From assembly GCF_009914755.1 (NCBI RefSeq), contig NC_060930.1: a stretch of DNA of 64,000 bases; one strand, 5' to 3'. The position numbers were made by a program, and so were the translations under genes. The notes beneath the pieces are model-generated. The model had not been told where the DNA came from, made no database searches, and worked only from the letters and a program-made list of their open reading frames with translations. The DNA is from the human T2T-CHM13v2.0 reference genome, Homo sapiens. Positions 1 through 12,449 of the stretch are shown in pieces (position 1 is the first letter of the stretch; every line of letters starts with the position of its first letter).

Positions 1-540
1 TGGGCTCCTCTTTCCTGGTTGTATAGCTCTTTGTCTGGAGCAAGGTCTGTGTCTGAGGGTGACAGATTTTTCTACCCATCTGGTGTAGATTTTTTTAGTT
101 GTCCTGTGAGTAGGAGTCTCCCAACTGGTTTTTTACTTTTTCTCAGAGAGAGATGATTTATGAATAGAAGGCTATTTGATGAATTCATGGATAGAGAGAC
201 AGGGGCCTCCTATTCTATCATGTCACTGAGTTCAACCCCTTTAAAAGGATAACTTATGACAGTCATAAATGAGAAGCACATATTGCTATATGGCATAAAA
301 TATTCAGAAATAAATATAACTACTCTTGCACTCTTTTGGTTTCCATTTACATGGGTACTTTTTTTATTTCTTCACTTTATGAGTGTCTTTTCAGGCAAAG
401 TAAGTCTAATAGGCAGCATAATTCTTTTTTTAAAAATCTATTCTTTTGCTCTATGTAGTTACTGATATGCAAAGACTTACTAGTACCATTTTGTTGTTTT
501 CTGATTGTTTTGTAGATTATTACTTGCTTCCTTTCTCTCT
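1..540 (-). mobile_element. Ancient L1M fragments
   Basis: T-rich antisense L1-like text, e.g. cttttggtttccatttacatgg...aataggcagcata (332-420); highly diverged, boundaries approximate. Confidence 0.5.
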
Positions 541-547
541 GGGTTAG

Positions 548-860
548 TATTCATCATCAAGCATATTTATAGTCACCTGCAATGTGTCATACAAAATTCA
601 AGGCACTGTTTATATAGCCATAAATAAATAAAAGCTCCCTGCTTTTGTGAAGCTTATATTCTCATCGTCAATATAGATAATAAAAGATAAGCATCTAAAG
701 TATTAGGTAGTAATGAACAAAATGAAGGGGAGCCTGACTCAAATAGGTGCTATTTTTAAGGATGACCAAAGAAGATAGAATTAGTCATGTGAGTATGTGG
801 AAAAGAGCACTTCAGAGGAAGCAAATATTCAAGCCTTGATATTGGAATGTGCTTGGCATT
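548..860 (-). mobile_element. L2 LINE 3' fragment
   Basis: tattcatcatcaagcatatttat...aggcactg...ctccctgct...gcttatattct resembles the reverse complement of the L2 3' end. Confidence 0.6.
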
Positions 861-997
861 GAATGTAATTGGCATACAAAATGAACAAATGAATGAAAGA
901 ATGAATTATTCAGTTATTTTAGCTGTGATTCTAGGGTTGCATAAGTTTTATTGATCAGCTCCATAGAGGGATGTCCTATTAGCTAGCTCCAGGCTTA

Positions 998-1200
998 TAA
1001 TAATTGAGTACCTATCATTTGCTAGGCACTTTTTCCAACTTATTTGAAATTCTCATCACAAATCTAAGATTTTGTTATTATGCTTTTCCCTTTTCCTGAT
1101 AAGGGAACTGAAACTGAGATGCTAATATATTTCTCCATAACTGCATAATCCAGGATTCAAACACAGCCATATATTGTTCTATATCCAAAACTCTTTCTAC
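998..1200 (-). mobile_element. MIR SINE
   Basis: attgagtacctatc...ctaggcact, gataagggaactgaaactgagat, ccaggattcaaacacag are MIR core motifs. Confidence 0.65.
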
Positions 1201-1994
1201 CATGTCTTATTGCCTTTTATGACCAGTGAAGATAAAAGAATGTACATTTCCATTAGACAAAAAAGTAAGAGGTGTCCCAGTTATGTACTCCTAATAAAAA
1301 GTAGAATTTTATATGTGAACTTTCTTCACATATTAAAAAATATAAATTAAATTTTAACATAATTAACTAATCCTTGCTAAGCTTGACAAAGGAATATAAT
1401 GTCAAATATGATTTTAATGCAGATACCTATGATTTATCTACTAGGAATTTTCAACAGTAACTGTTACCATTTACATTTACCTTTAATGTTCTTATTAAGA
1501 CTATTAAGCATTCTCTATTTTTAGGGATGTACCACTCTTCAGTATTAATTATAGTTTAAGATAATATTTCAGAAGTTTACATTTAATACTAAAATTTACC
1601 TAATACCTATTTCCAATCAATAGATGACTATTACCTTTAAATTCCAATCACTCTATCTGGAACCTACTTAGTTCTCTCCTGATGATCTCGAGGGAACTGA
1701 ATGAAGTACTTTTCCTTGCTGGTAAAAAGTTATCTTTTTTTCCTGAGCATTACTACATTTCTCTCATAGTTACTCATTTTTGCTGTTTATGTTAAGAAAT
1801 CTCAGACACCTAAGACTCATCTAACTCTTACCTAATGGACTCACTTTGTCAGTCAAATCATACTCTGAAAAAGAGTCATTTATATTATTCCTCATGTCCT
1901 CCTCAACTTCCCCCTCCCTCTTCATTAATTGAAATATTTGCACTGAAATAATTTATTTTATTCAACAGAGTTTGACAACATTGCAACTTTGCAA

Positions 1995-2175
1995 TTAAGA
2001 CCCAGGACTTTGATATCAGACCTGGGTTGAAATACCAGCTTCTGCTCTCATAAGACTTGTATATAAGACTTCAACTTATCTGTTTAAGCCTTTGATTCTC
2101 AACTGCAAAGTAGAAATTATATTTCATGCCACATAAAATTGTGTAGAGATGAATTTTTTTAAGTAAATTGCTTAA
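1995..2175 (+). mobile_element. MIR SINE
   Basis: ggactttgatatcagacctgggttgaaataccagct...ctcaactgcaaagtaga. Confidence 0.65.
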
Positions 2176-2311
2176 GAAATTTCTGTTCTGTTCTAAATGT
2201 GAACAAATATGCATAAATTTTTTTCTTTTAAATACAGTATTTTGACATATAAAATATTATGCAAAATATTGATTAAATTGTGTTGACACTGTGATTTTAA
2301 TCAGAAAGCTC

Positions 2312-2465
2312 CTGGTGTAGTCAGGAGAGTTTAGATTTAAAATCAAACAGTTTTAGGTTTTATCCTATCTAGCTGTGTGCCCTCCAGGAAAGTGTTAAAT
2401 CTCTGTGAACCTTTGTCTTTTCCTCATTTCTAAAATGCCCTGATTATTTATGGTGATGAATTTAT
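2312..2465 (+). mobile_element. MIR SINE
   Basis: tagctgtgtgccctcc...gttaaatctctgtgaacct...ttcctcatttctaaaatg. Confidence 0.6.
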
Positions 2466-2497
2466 ATAGTATATTTAAATCAAGAAACATACAGAGG

Positions 2498-2557
<60 letters not shown>

Positions 2558-2570
2558 ACCACATACACAC
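2498..2570. repeat. Compound microsatellite (TC)n(CA)n
   Basis: Directly visible; explains the SLSL/THTH runs in ORF 2450..2863. Confidence 0.95.
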
Positions 2571-2699
2571 AAATTTACAAAATGGAAGGAGTTAATCAAG
2601 AAAATATAAGAAATTACCAAATTATGAAATTAGAGAAAGTAAGAAAGGAAGGACAAAAGGTTGACTTTTCCATGCAAAATAGACAAAAGCACAACATCC

Positions 2700-3300
2700 A
2701 AACCAAGATATACTGCTACAGATACCATCAGAATAAATTTAAAAGTCATAAAAGACCACTTTGCTCAACTATAATTTATGAGACCTGTATGAAATGGATA
2801 GACAAACTGATTATATGCAGTATTTTCCAGGCTGAGGGGAAACATATATTTATTCATTACTGATGGGAGTATAAAGTAGTATAACCTTTATGGACAGCAA
2901 TTTGGCAATCTACTAAATTTTATAATTCACATACACTTTGACTCAACAAATCCACGTCTTGGGATTTATCCTACAAAACTCTTACATGTGTGACATGATG
3001 TACATATATGTAGAGAAAGCAATTTAAATAGGGATTTTCTATATAATGTTGGGGTCCTACAAAGAAATACTAGGCTGGTGCTAAAAGAAGAATGAAGTAA
3101 TTCCATATATGTTGATATAGAGTACAATATATGTTGCTTAGTGAAAAGATCAAATTACAGGGCAAGAACATAGTATGCCTCCAAAAAAATAGTAAAATTT
3201 CGTATGTCTGTATACACAAACACACACTGAGACTTTTTCTGGAAAGTTATTTAATAAATTGACAACAGTGTTTGCCTTTAAGTAAAATTACTAAGTACCT
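2700..3300 (+). mobile_element. Old L1 (L1ME-like) ORF2 end/3' UTR fragment
   Basis: ctgatgggagtataaa...ggacagcaatttggcaat...tttgactcaacaaatccac...gggatttatcct. Confidence 0.6.
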
Positions 3301-4285
3301 CAAAAACAGGTTAAGTTGGGATAATTTCTTTCCACTGCATTATTTTGAATTTTGTATATTTTTTTGTTTTACAGATTTCAAAACTATAATACATTTTTAA
3401 AATTATACAGTAGTTATTTTGGTTCAGAGACTTAAACACTGCATTTTCTTTCTCAGATTTTCACTCAGTACATTAGCATATCAGGAGGTCTAGGATTCAA
3501 CTAAAGATAATAACTTATGGTGTACCTTATACAGAACGTTATACTAGACCCTGGATTTATAAGCAGGAGCAACAGTGACTCAGCCACCACTCTCAGAAAG
3601 CTTGTTCTTCAGCTGGGAAAGCAAATAATAATCATATAAATAGTTTTATTTTTGAAACAGGGTCTTACTTTTTTGCCTAAATAAATATTTTAAACTTAGT
3701 TTTATATAGCATATTTTTAAAATTATTTGATTAACTATTTTTAATGTGTATCACGTTTAACAACCCTTGAAACACACTTTAAGAAATACTATGCTATAGT
3801 ACTTTCTTCTTCCCTACCAGTGAGATCTTTCACAAAGAAAAGATTGACCAAAATAGAAAGAGAAACAAAAGAAGGAAGAGAAGGAGGAATATAGGTTTAA
3901 TATATCCTTAACCAAAAAAAAAAAGAAAGATAGAAACTTATTAAACTTGTGGTAACATATTCAACCTAAGACACAATTCATCATTGATACCCTATAGAAT
4001 TAAGTTTAAATAATGTTATGCAAAACATTTCTCTAGCACTGAGTAAATGGCTAATAAATATGAGCTATTATTGAAATAACTGTTCAAGTATCCTCATAAA
4101 ATGTATAGATAAATCTGAATAAATAATATGAATAATGGTATTTGAGTCCAAGACCATATGTATCCAAGAAAGTGTTACACAGACATAGAGATCAAAGATA
4201 AAAGGCAAAAGGCATGTAATTAATGCTGTGGTTATATTAACCAAACCCTTTTCATAATTCCTTTTCTTAGGCCAACCTCTAGTAA

Positions 4286-4973
<688 letters not shown>

Positions 4974-5908
4974 GGGAAGCCTTCTTAGAAGAAAGAGGCT
5001 TGTTAGGCCTTCCTCTTTTGCCCCCTTTGCCTTTTTTTTATTTTTTCTTGCTAGGAGCATATAAATAAGTACAGCAATCATCTTGCAACTTGGGCTGGGA
5101 GTGGAAAGACATATGCTAGAAATGGCACTCCAAATATTAAAAAGTCTCTGGTTTCTGATAGCCTCATGAAGCTCGTACACTAGCTCTGGTCTGTTACTGA
5201 CAGATTTCTTATTAAGTGAGAAAAATAAATCTATACATGTTAGTTGGCTTTCTGTTATTTGCAATGAAATGCATTCCTGACAAAAAAAGAAATGGAACTC
5301 TGAGAAACATTTTTACAAAACTGCATGTTACAGGAAAAGCAAGGCTAATATAAATATAAGTAAGCATAGTCATGAGATATCATAGTTCAAAATCTATATT
5401 AAAAATAGTCCAGAGATAATGCTCTTTGCATATAATATGCATTCCTTTGCTAATGGGTAAAAAGGGTTTCATTTAATTTTCCATAACAGAATAGTGGTCA
5501 GGGAACATTGAAGTGGTCCTTGAACAGTGAGGGACAATAGATCATAAACTCCTACTTTTTAATAGATGAATTATCCACATTTAACCCAAAGAGATAACCT
5601 AAGTATTTGAAAATTAAATCAAAAGCACTGTGACTTTCAACTATTTTGTTTTGTCTTTTAATCAAGCCTGTAGACAGGTTTCTTAGGCATATGGTTACAT
5701 CCTACGTGCTGAAAGAATGCAAAGTCATTACTCAAAGAGTGCCATTTTGTTCCCTGAGACTATAGGTTCCTGCAGCATAGGGCCATTGGGATTTACTGAT
5801 TTAGAAAACAAACATTATTGAATATTACATAGAGTACTTTGTTGAGAGCTGGGAAAGAGAATACAGGGATGACTAATTTATGGTAACCGTATACAAAGGA
5901 AGTTTCAG

Positions 5909-6240
<332 letters not shown>

Positions 6241-7689
6241 TCACAGAAATTATACAAAAATGTGATCTAAAGAAGGTAAGAGTACCAAAATCAAGACACA
6301 ATAGTCCAAGCACCATTTATGAATTGTTCACTTGCTTTGGGAGTGATGGTAGAGGGCTGTCAAATATCTGGCCAAGATCAATTGTGCTGCTGCTCAATCC
6401 CAGAATCACTGACATCAAGGAAGGATGTGTCTTCCTTCTCATACCCCACCACCTCTACGCGCTCTAAGGAGACTATTTTGTGAGTGGGAGGCAGGGGTTG
6501 GACTTCAAGGCCTTAAAAGTGTCTTCTACTTCTATCTTCTTGTTTGAGAGTTCTGTAAACTCAACAGGGCCAGCTGTTGATTCCACATACAGGTGAATGT
6601 CCTAAAGGAATAATTTTCTCTCTCCTTTCCCCCACCTAGAGAAGAGTTTGTCAAACAAGTGAGTACTTCCATGTTGTCTCTGCATTATCTCCCTTCCAGT
6701 CTTGTCTTCTGTATTAATATTTACCTTATTCTTAGTTTATTTTTTGTTATTCAAATCTAGTGGTTGAAATAAAAACTATCCCTCCTGCAGCTGTCTGTAT
6801 GCTTCTATGGCTGCCCTTTCATTCTCCACATATTTGAATTTTTTGACATAAAATATACTTTATTTGTAGCCCTTTTAGACCTTTAGTTTCCCATCTGCAA
6901 GGGCTGATATTCCCACCACCATCTTTGAAGTTTATGCCTTGCCACTTTACCTCCTTTTACCATTTCGTAACAATTGTATTCCTCAGTGGGGCATAGCAGT
7001 GGGCTCCCATTTCTCCCCTCTACTGGTATAGCAGTCTGGGAGCTTTGATGGAAAAGGAGAGGGTGCTTCAGGGTTTCAGTGCATGATCACCCGACACCTT
7101 ACAAATTATTTGATCTCTTTTCCTCCCACGCTCTGACATTTACTTAGTGATTCACTCTCCAGACAGTGTCAAATCCCAGATCCACCACACATCAAAGGAT
7201 TTAACCTCCAACATGCCACTTTCTCATTATGATTGTTAATCCCTATATATTTTATGCTGGACTGCAACTAAATGTGTTCTTCAGTCTCATTAATCTCTAC
7301 ATTTTCTTGAATAACTTTTCTCAGAGCTTATTAATCCTTTTCACTTCATTGGTATTCCAATACAGCAGTGTTACACACCCAGTTAAAAATACATTATTAA
7401 AAGTACTTTCTAACTCTCTAGTCAGCACTCTCAACATCTTTGGCAACTTATCTTCCTTCTAATCTTAAATTGCTATAAATTTCTGAATTTTCTAATTTCT
7501 ACACATGCTCAGAGCTGCTGGAAAAAAAGTATATGAAGTCTAGTACCAAAGTATCTTAGATGTCAACCACCCTCTTTCCATCCCACTACACGAACACTTA
7601 GCAGCAGACTGAATCTCTGCCTAGCTATTTGTCTTATTCTCCACAGCTATTTCTAAGAAAATAATATTTCTCAATATTCTTAGCCTGTT

Positions 7690-8038
7690 TGTCTTATTCT
7701 GGTTGGGCTGTTGTAAAGCAGTGTCATAGATTGGGTAGCTTATAAACAACAGATTTTTTTTTTATATTACCGGAGGCTTGGAAATTCAAGATCAAGGTGC
7801 AAGCAGATTTGGTATCTGGTGAGGGCCCTTTCATAGATGGTATCTTCTCACTGTATCCTTACATGGTGGAAGCAGCAAGAAAGTTTTCTGGGGCCTCTTT
7901 TACAAGGGCACTAATCCCATTCATGAGGGATCTGCCCTCATGACCTAATCACTTCCCAAAGCCACACCTCCTAATACCATCACATTGGTGATTAGGTTTC
8001 AACATATGAATTGTGAGGGCAAACATCAGACTGTAACA
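7690..8038 (-). mobile_element. MLT1A/A0 solo LTR
   Basis: tgtctt...aagggcactaatcccattcatgaggg...ttcaacatatgaatt...gtaaca. Confidence 0.88.
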
Positions 8039-8240
8039 CTGCACTAGCCCCAATGTCTTTTTTTCTCTATTAATAGAAAAGCTTGCCTTTTGCTCTCAGA
8101 AAAAAAGTTTAAGTAATCAGTATCTGCCTCTTTTATTTAACCAACTACAATTTGTTATCTCTATGCACCATATTTTATCACCATCTTTCTCAGGGAAAAA
8201 AGTCCCTCTGCTTATCTAACACTAATTGTGGTATCTGAGT

Positions 8241-8375
8241 CAGAGCTTCTCAAACTTTAATGTGTTTATAAAGTACCTGAGGATCTTGTTCAATGCAGAT
8301 TCTGATTCAGTAGGTATGGAGTAAAACCTGAGATTCTAAAAAATTCCCAGCAGTGTACGTGCTCCTGGGCCACCA
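8241..8375. mobile_element. MER5A/B hAT-Charlie DNA transposon remnant
   Basis: cagagcttctcaaactttaatgtg...gatcttgtt.aatgcagattctgattcagtaggt. Confidence 0.8.
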
Positions 8376-8544
8376 ACGATACCAACACAGTAATAATTAC
8401 TTTTCCTAGAGGAAGTGGCTCATGAAGGCAAAAGTGACTGGGACCTAGGAAAGTGATTGTGTAGCCCTAATCCTAGTCTCCCAATCCATAACAACTGGGA
8501 AATTCTCTCATGATTCTTCGTTGCCTAATGATTGCTCTAAAATA

Positions 8545-9063
8545 AAATGCTGATGCTATTTTTTTCTGTTTAAAATCCTCCAGGACTTTGACTATCATAC
8601 AGACAAAAAGGTTAAACACTACCTCTTTCATGACCAATGCATTACAGATCTTGCTAGTTTCCCTTCCCTTTATATATCTAGTGATCTTTCTAGGCTAAAT
8701 TACTGTCAATTTTCTCGTGCTTGATATTCCGTGTTATATCTACAGGGACTTTTCTGATTGGGAAAACCACTTCTCCCCAGTTAGCATAATTTTTTATTCG
8801 CCCACCTTAAAAACTTTCCCCATCTCCATCATGCAAATATAGTAAGTATATATAACTACTTATATAGGAATCTTCTCATAGTAACTACACAATTCAGACG
8901 TATAACTCACCATATGATTTTGTGTCTACTTATATTTTTGTGTATCTCAGTTTAGACTGTGGGCTCCTAGAGAGTGGGAACTTTGTCTTCAATTCATATG
9001 TCTCCATTGCCTGGCAAAAATAGGTATTTAACTAATGTTTGTTGGATCTTCGAATACATGAAT
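8545..9063 (+). mobile_element. L2 3' region
   Basis: tagactgtgggctcctagagagtgggaactttgtct...tgcctggca...aatgtttgttg is the L2 3' end; upstream part more degraded. Confidence 0.65.
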
Positions 9064-9709
9064 TAGTGACTTGAGTATACACTTTAGATACACATTTTAT
9101 TAAAATGCAAATAATAGCAACCATACTTAAAAGTGACATAATAATTTTAGCCCACATTCCCTATTCATTTCTGATTCTGGTTATAATCCGTCACTCTACT
9201 TCTGAATGATCAAAAGAGCACATAAAGGAATATTAATTTGACATAAAAAGAGATATGTTAATTATGAAATATATTTTGGTCAATGCCAATGTATACAATA
9301 CATGATGTTAAATATGCAATATTAACCCCAAATTAATAGAAAATATTTGCTTATTTAAGAAATTACCTTGTTAAAATATCTCAAGGATTTTTTTTTAGCT
9401 CTGCCCTACATTGGAAACCTAAATAATTTTTGAAAGTGCCCACAGGCTCAGAGATTCAATAAAGTTAAAAATTCTCCATATAAATAATCTTAAAACTAAA
9501 ATAGTGTTTTTAAATGAAGCTAAATGAATAATAGAGAAAACATCATAACATTTTCTTTACCACTTTTCTTCTGTGATCACCGATAAGTCATAAAATTAGT
9601 TAGGTAAGGTATTGGCATGAAAAATGAAATTATCAAAACATACCACAAATATGTTTCAATTAAATATATTTAGTTCATCACTTTTATCTACTATAATTTT
9701 GGATTACAG

Positions 9710-9843
9710 TCATTCATTCATTATTTCAAGAAATATTTACTCAGTGCCTACTATATGCCTGGCACTGTATTGTGTGTGGGAACACTGCAGAGTGAAACAA
9801 GAAATTTGCAATTTAGCAGAACATGTAGACAAAAATAAGTGAG
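9710..9843 (-). mobile_element. L2 3' end (continues, interrupted, to about 11850)
   Basis: tcattcattcatt...aaatatttactcagtgcctactatatgcctggcactgt. Confidence 0.8.
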
Positions 9844-10215
9844 TGTTACGAACTGAATGTGTTCCCTCAAAATTCATATGTATAAGTTCCAACGTTCAAT
9901 GTGACTATATTTTGAGACAAGGCTGTTAATAGAGGTACTTAAAGTTTAGTAATTTAGAAGGATGGGGCCCTGATCCAATAGGATTAGTGTCCTTATAAGC
10001 CCAGACACCGTAGACCTCCTGTGCTCTCTCTCCATCATGAGAGGACGCATCAAGAAAGCAGCTGTCTGCAAGCCAGTAAGAGAACCCTAACCAGAAATCA
10101 ACCCTGCCAGACCTTGATCTAAGAATTCTAGCCTCCAGAAATGTGAGAAAAAGGTATTTCTGTTGTTTAAGCAAACCTGTCCATAATATTATGTTAGCTC
10201 GAGAACATTAATGCA
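9844..10215 (+). mobile_element. MLT1A/B solo LTR, degenerate 5-bp TSD gtgag/gtgac
   Basis: tgttacgaactgaatgtgttccctcaaaattcatatg...ccttgatct...tagcctccagaa.tgtgaga...taatgca. Confidence 0.88.
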
Positions 10216-10253
10216 GTGACTATGAAGGATATGAAAGAGGTATGCATGACACC
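10191..10253 (+). repeat. 63-bp perfect direct repeat, copy 1
   Basis: atgttagctcgagaacattaatgcagtgactatgaaggatatgaaagaggtatgcatgacacc, identical to 11574-11636. Confidence 0.97.
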
Positions 10254-11573
10254 ACTTTCAACAAGAATGCTGAGACAATTTAATGGGAAAAAAATCATTT
10301 TCAACAAATGGTGCTAGGACAACTGGATATATTCATGCAACAGAATAAAGGTACCGTATGCATTCCTTCATACCATATGCAAAAATTAACTCAAAATGGG
10401 TCAAATATCTAAGCATGGGTCATAAACTATAAAACTCTCAGGAGAAAACATAGCTGTATAATGTTTATGATCTAGAATCGGCAATGGTTTCTTAGATGGG
10501 GCACCAAAAGCAACACCAACAAAAGAATAAATAGATAAATTGAGCATCATCAAAATTGGAAATGTTGTACTTCAAAGAAAATTATCAGGAAAATGAAGGG
10601 ACAACCTGCAGAATTGGAGAAAGTATTTGTAAATCATGTAATATGGGCCTATTATCCAGAATATGTTAAAAACTCTTACCACTGACCAATATAAAGACAA
10701 GCAATTCAATTAAAAATGTATAAAGTATTTGAATACATGTTTCTTCAAAGAAAATGTGCAAATGCAAATAAGCACACTAAAATATATCAATATAATTCAT
10801 AATTTGGGAAATGCAAATTAAAACTAAAATGAGATACCACTTCATACCCACTAGGATGGCTATTATCAAAAACAGGGATGATCACAAGTATTGGTAAGGA
10901 TGCAGAGAAATTAAAACCCTAATATGTTGCTGGTAGATGGTAAAAGAATTCAGTAGTTTTGAAAAACAATGAAAGTTTATCAAGAAGTTAAATATAGAGT
11001 CAGTACACACTCCAGCAATTATAGTTCTAGGTATATACATAAGAAAGTTGAAAATATGTGTCTACACAAAACCTTGTACATGAATGTTCATTGTAGAATT
11101 ATTACTAATAGCCAAAAAGTGAAAACAATCCAATGTCTTTCAATTGATGAATGAACGAACAAAATGGACTATGTAGTAAATAGAATATATAAGAATAGAG
11201 TAGCATATTATTTGCCCATAAAAAGGAATGAAGTGCTATAACATGTTACAACATGGATGACTCTTAAAACATGATAGTAAGTGAAAGAAGACAGACACAA
11301 AAGATCACATATTGCATGGCTTCATTTATAAAACATGTCCAAAATAGGCAAGAGGGACAAAATGTAGATATTTGATTGCCAAGGGCTAAGGGAAGGGGAG
11401 AATTAGGCATGAGTGCTAATTATTTTTTTAGGTGATAAAAATGTACTAGAATTAAATGACAGTAGTGGTTATGCAACACTGGGCAATATATAAAACTGAA
11501 TATACTAAAGTGAATATACTGAATATCACTGAATTATACATTTTAAAATATCTAATTTTATGGTACATGCATA
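10254..11573 (+). mobile_element. L1MB-like ORF2 3' part and 3' UTR, no poly(A) tail
   Basis: ttcaacaaatggtgctaggacaactggata, aatgagataccacttcatacccactaggatggcta, 3' UTR ggtgataaaaatgtactagaatta; many stops and indels. Confidence 0.88.
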
Positions 11574-11636
11574 ATGTTAGCTCGAGAACATTAATGCAGT
11601 GACTATGAAGGATATGAAAGAGGTATGCATGACACC
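11574..11636 (+). repeat. 63-bp perfect direct repeat, copy 2
   Basis: Identical to 10191-10253. Confidence 0.97.
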
Positions 11637-12214
11637 GCAAGCATGACGGGAAAGAGATGACGGGGCACAGCATGTCTTATCATTTGGCGTACTACACTAT
11701 GGTGGGGAGAAACTGCTAAAAGACAATTTAAAAAGGTAAGTAGGCACACAGTCATGCAAAGACCTTATAAAGCAAGTATTTCTAGACTCTTATAAAACAT
11801 GAAAAGGTATTTAGCAGATGGGTGACTTCATTATATTTGGAAATGGGTAACTCTCATGATAAGAATACTAAATCTTTTAGAATAACACCGCCAAAATTCA
11901 GGCAGGAGAGCTTATACTTGGTAAATGGCACTGGAACTTGAGAAAAAATGCTTTTATAAGTATTAAGATGAATACTTATTACTAAAGAAAATTTCAATGT
12001 TTATATCCAGTAGAAAAACTATGCATTCCATTTCCAGACTTCACAATTGATCATTATTCCATGAAGATGCTTATAATGGTCTCTATATTTAACATGATTA
12101 TGAAAAAAATAAATTGTACACATTTTTTCCCACCTCCTACAATCCAAGTCTCCAAAACTCCTGAACTTGAATTTTAAATGCCTAAATGTCACCACCAAAA
12201 GGAAAAATAAGTTC

Positions 12215-12272
12215 TTTTTTTTATTATTATACTTTAAGTTTTAGGGTACATGTGCACAACATGCAGGTTAGT
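12215..12272 (-). mobile_element. Extremely 5'-truncated young L1PA (PA2/PA3-type) 3' end
   Basis: tttttttt attattatactttaagttttagggtacatgtgcacaacatgcaggttagt. Confidence 0.9.
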
Positions 12273-12449
12273 GCAAAATAAAAGGAATATATATATGTGT
12301 ATAATAACATACTGATAAATGTTTCAGTAATTGTATTCTAATAATGTAAACCCAATATAAAAATTAATAATTTAATTCAAATAATAAAATAAATGCTGTT
12401 TATAGTATAGATTTTTTTAATTACATAAGAAATTGATTATGGGAAAGAA

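Noticed and set aside
2450-2863. 137-aa ORF
   Set aside because: Reads through a (TC)n(CA)n microsatellite and old L1; no recognisable protein
7628-7700. tttgtcttattct repeated 60 bp apart at the MLT1 edge
   Set aside because: Only 13 bp and T-rich; cannot be separated from chance or trivial local duplication
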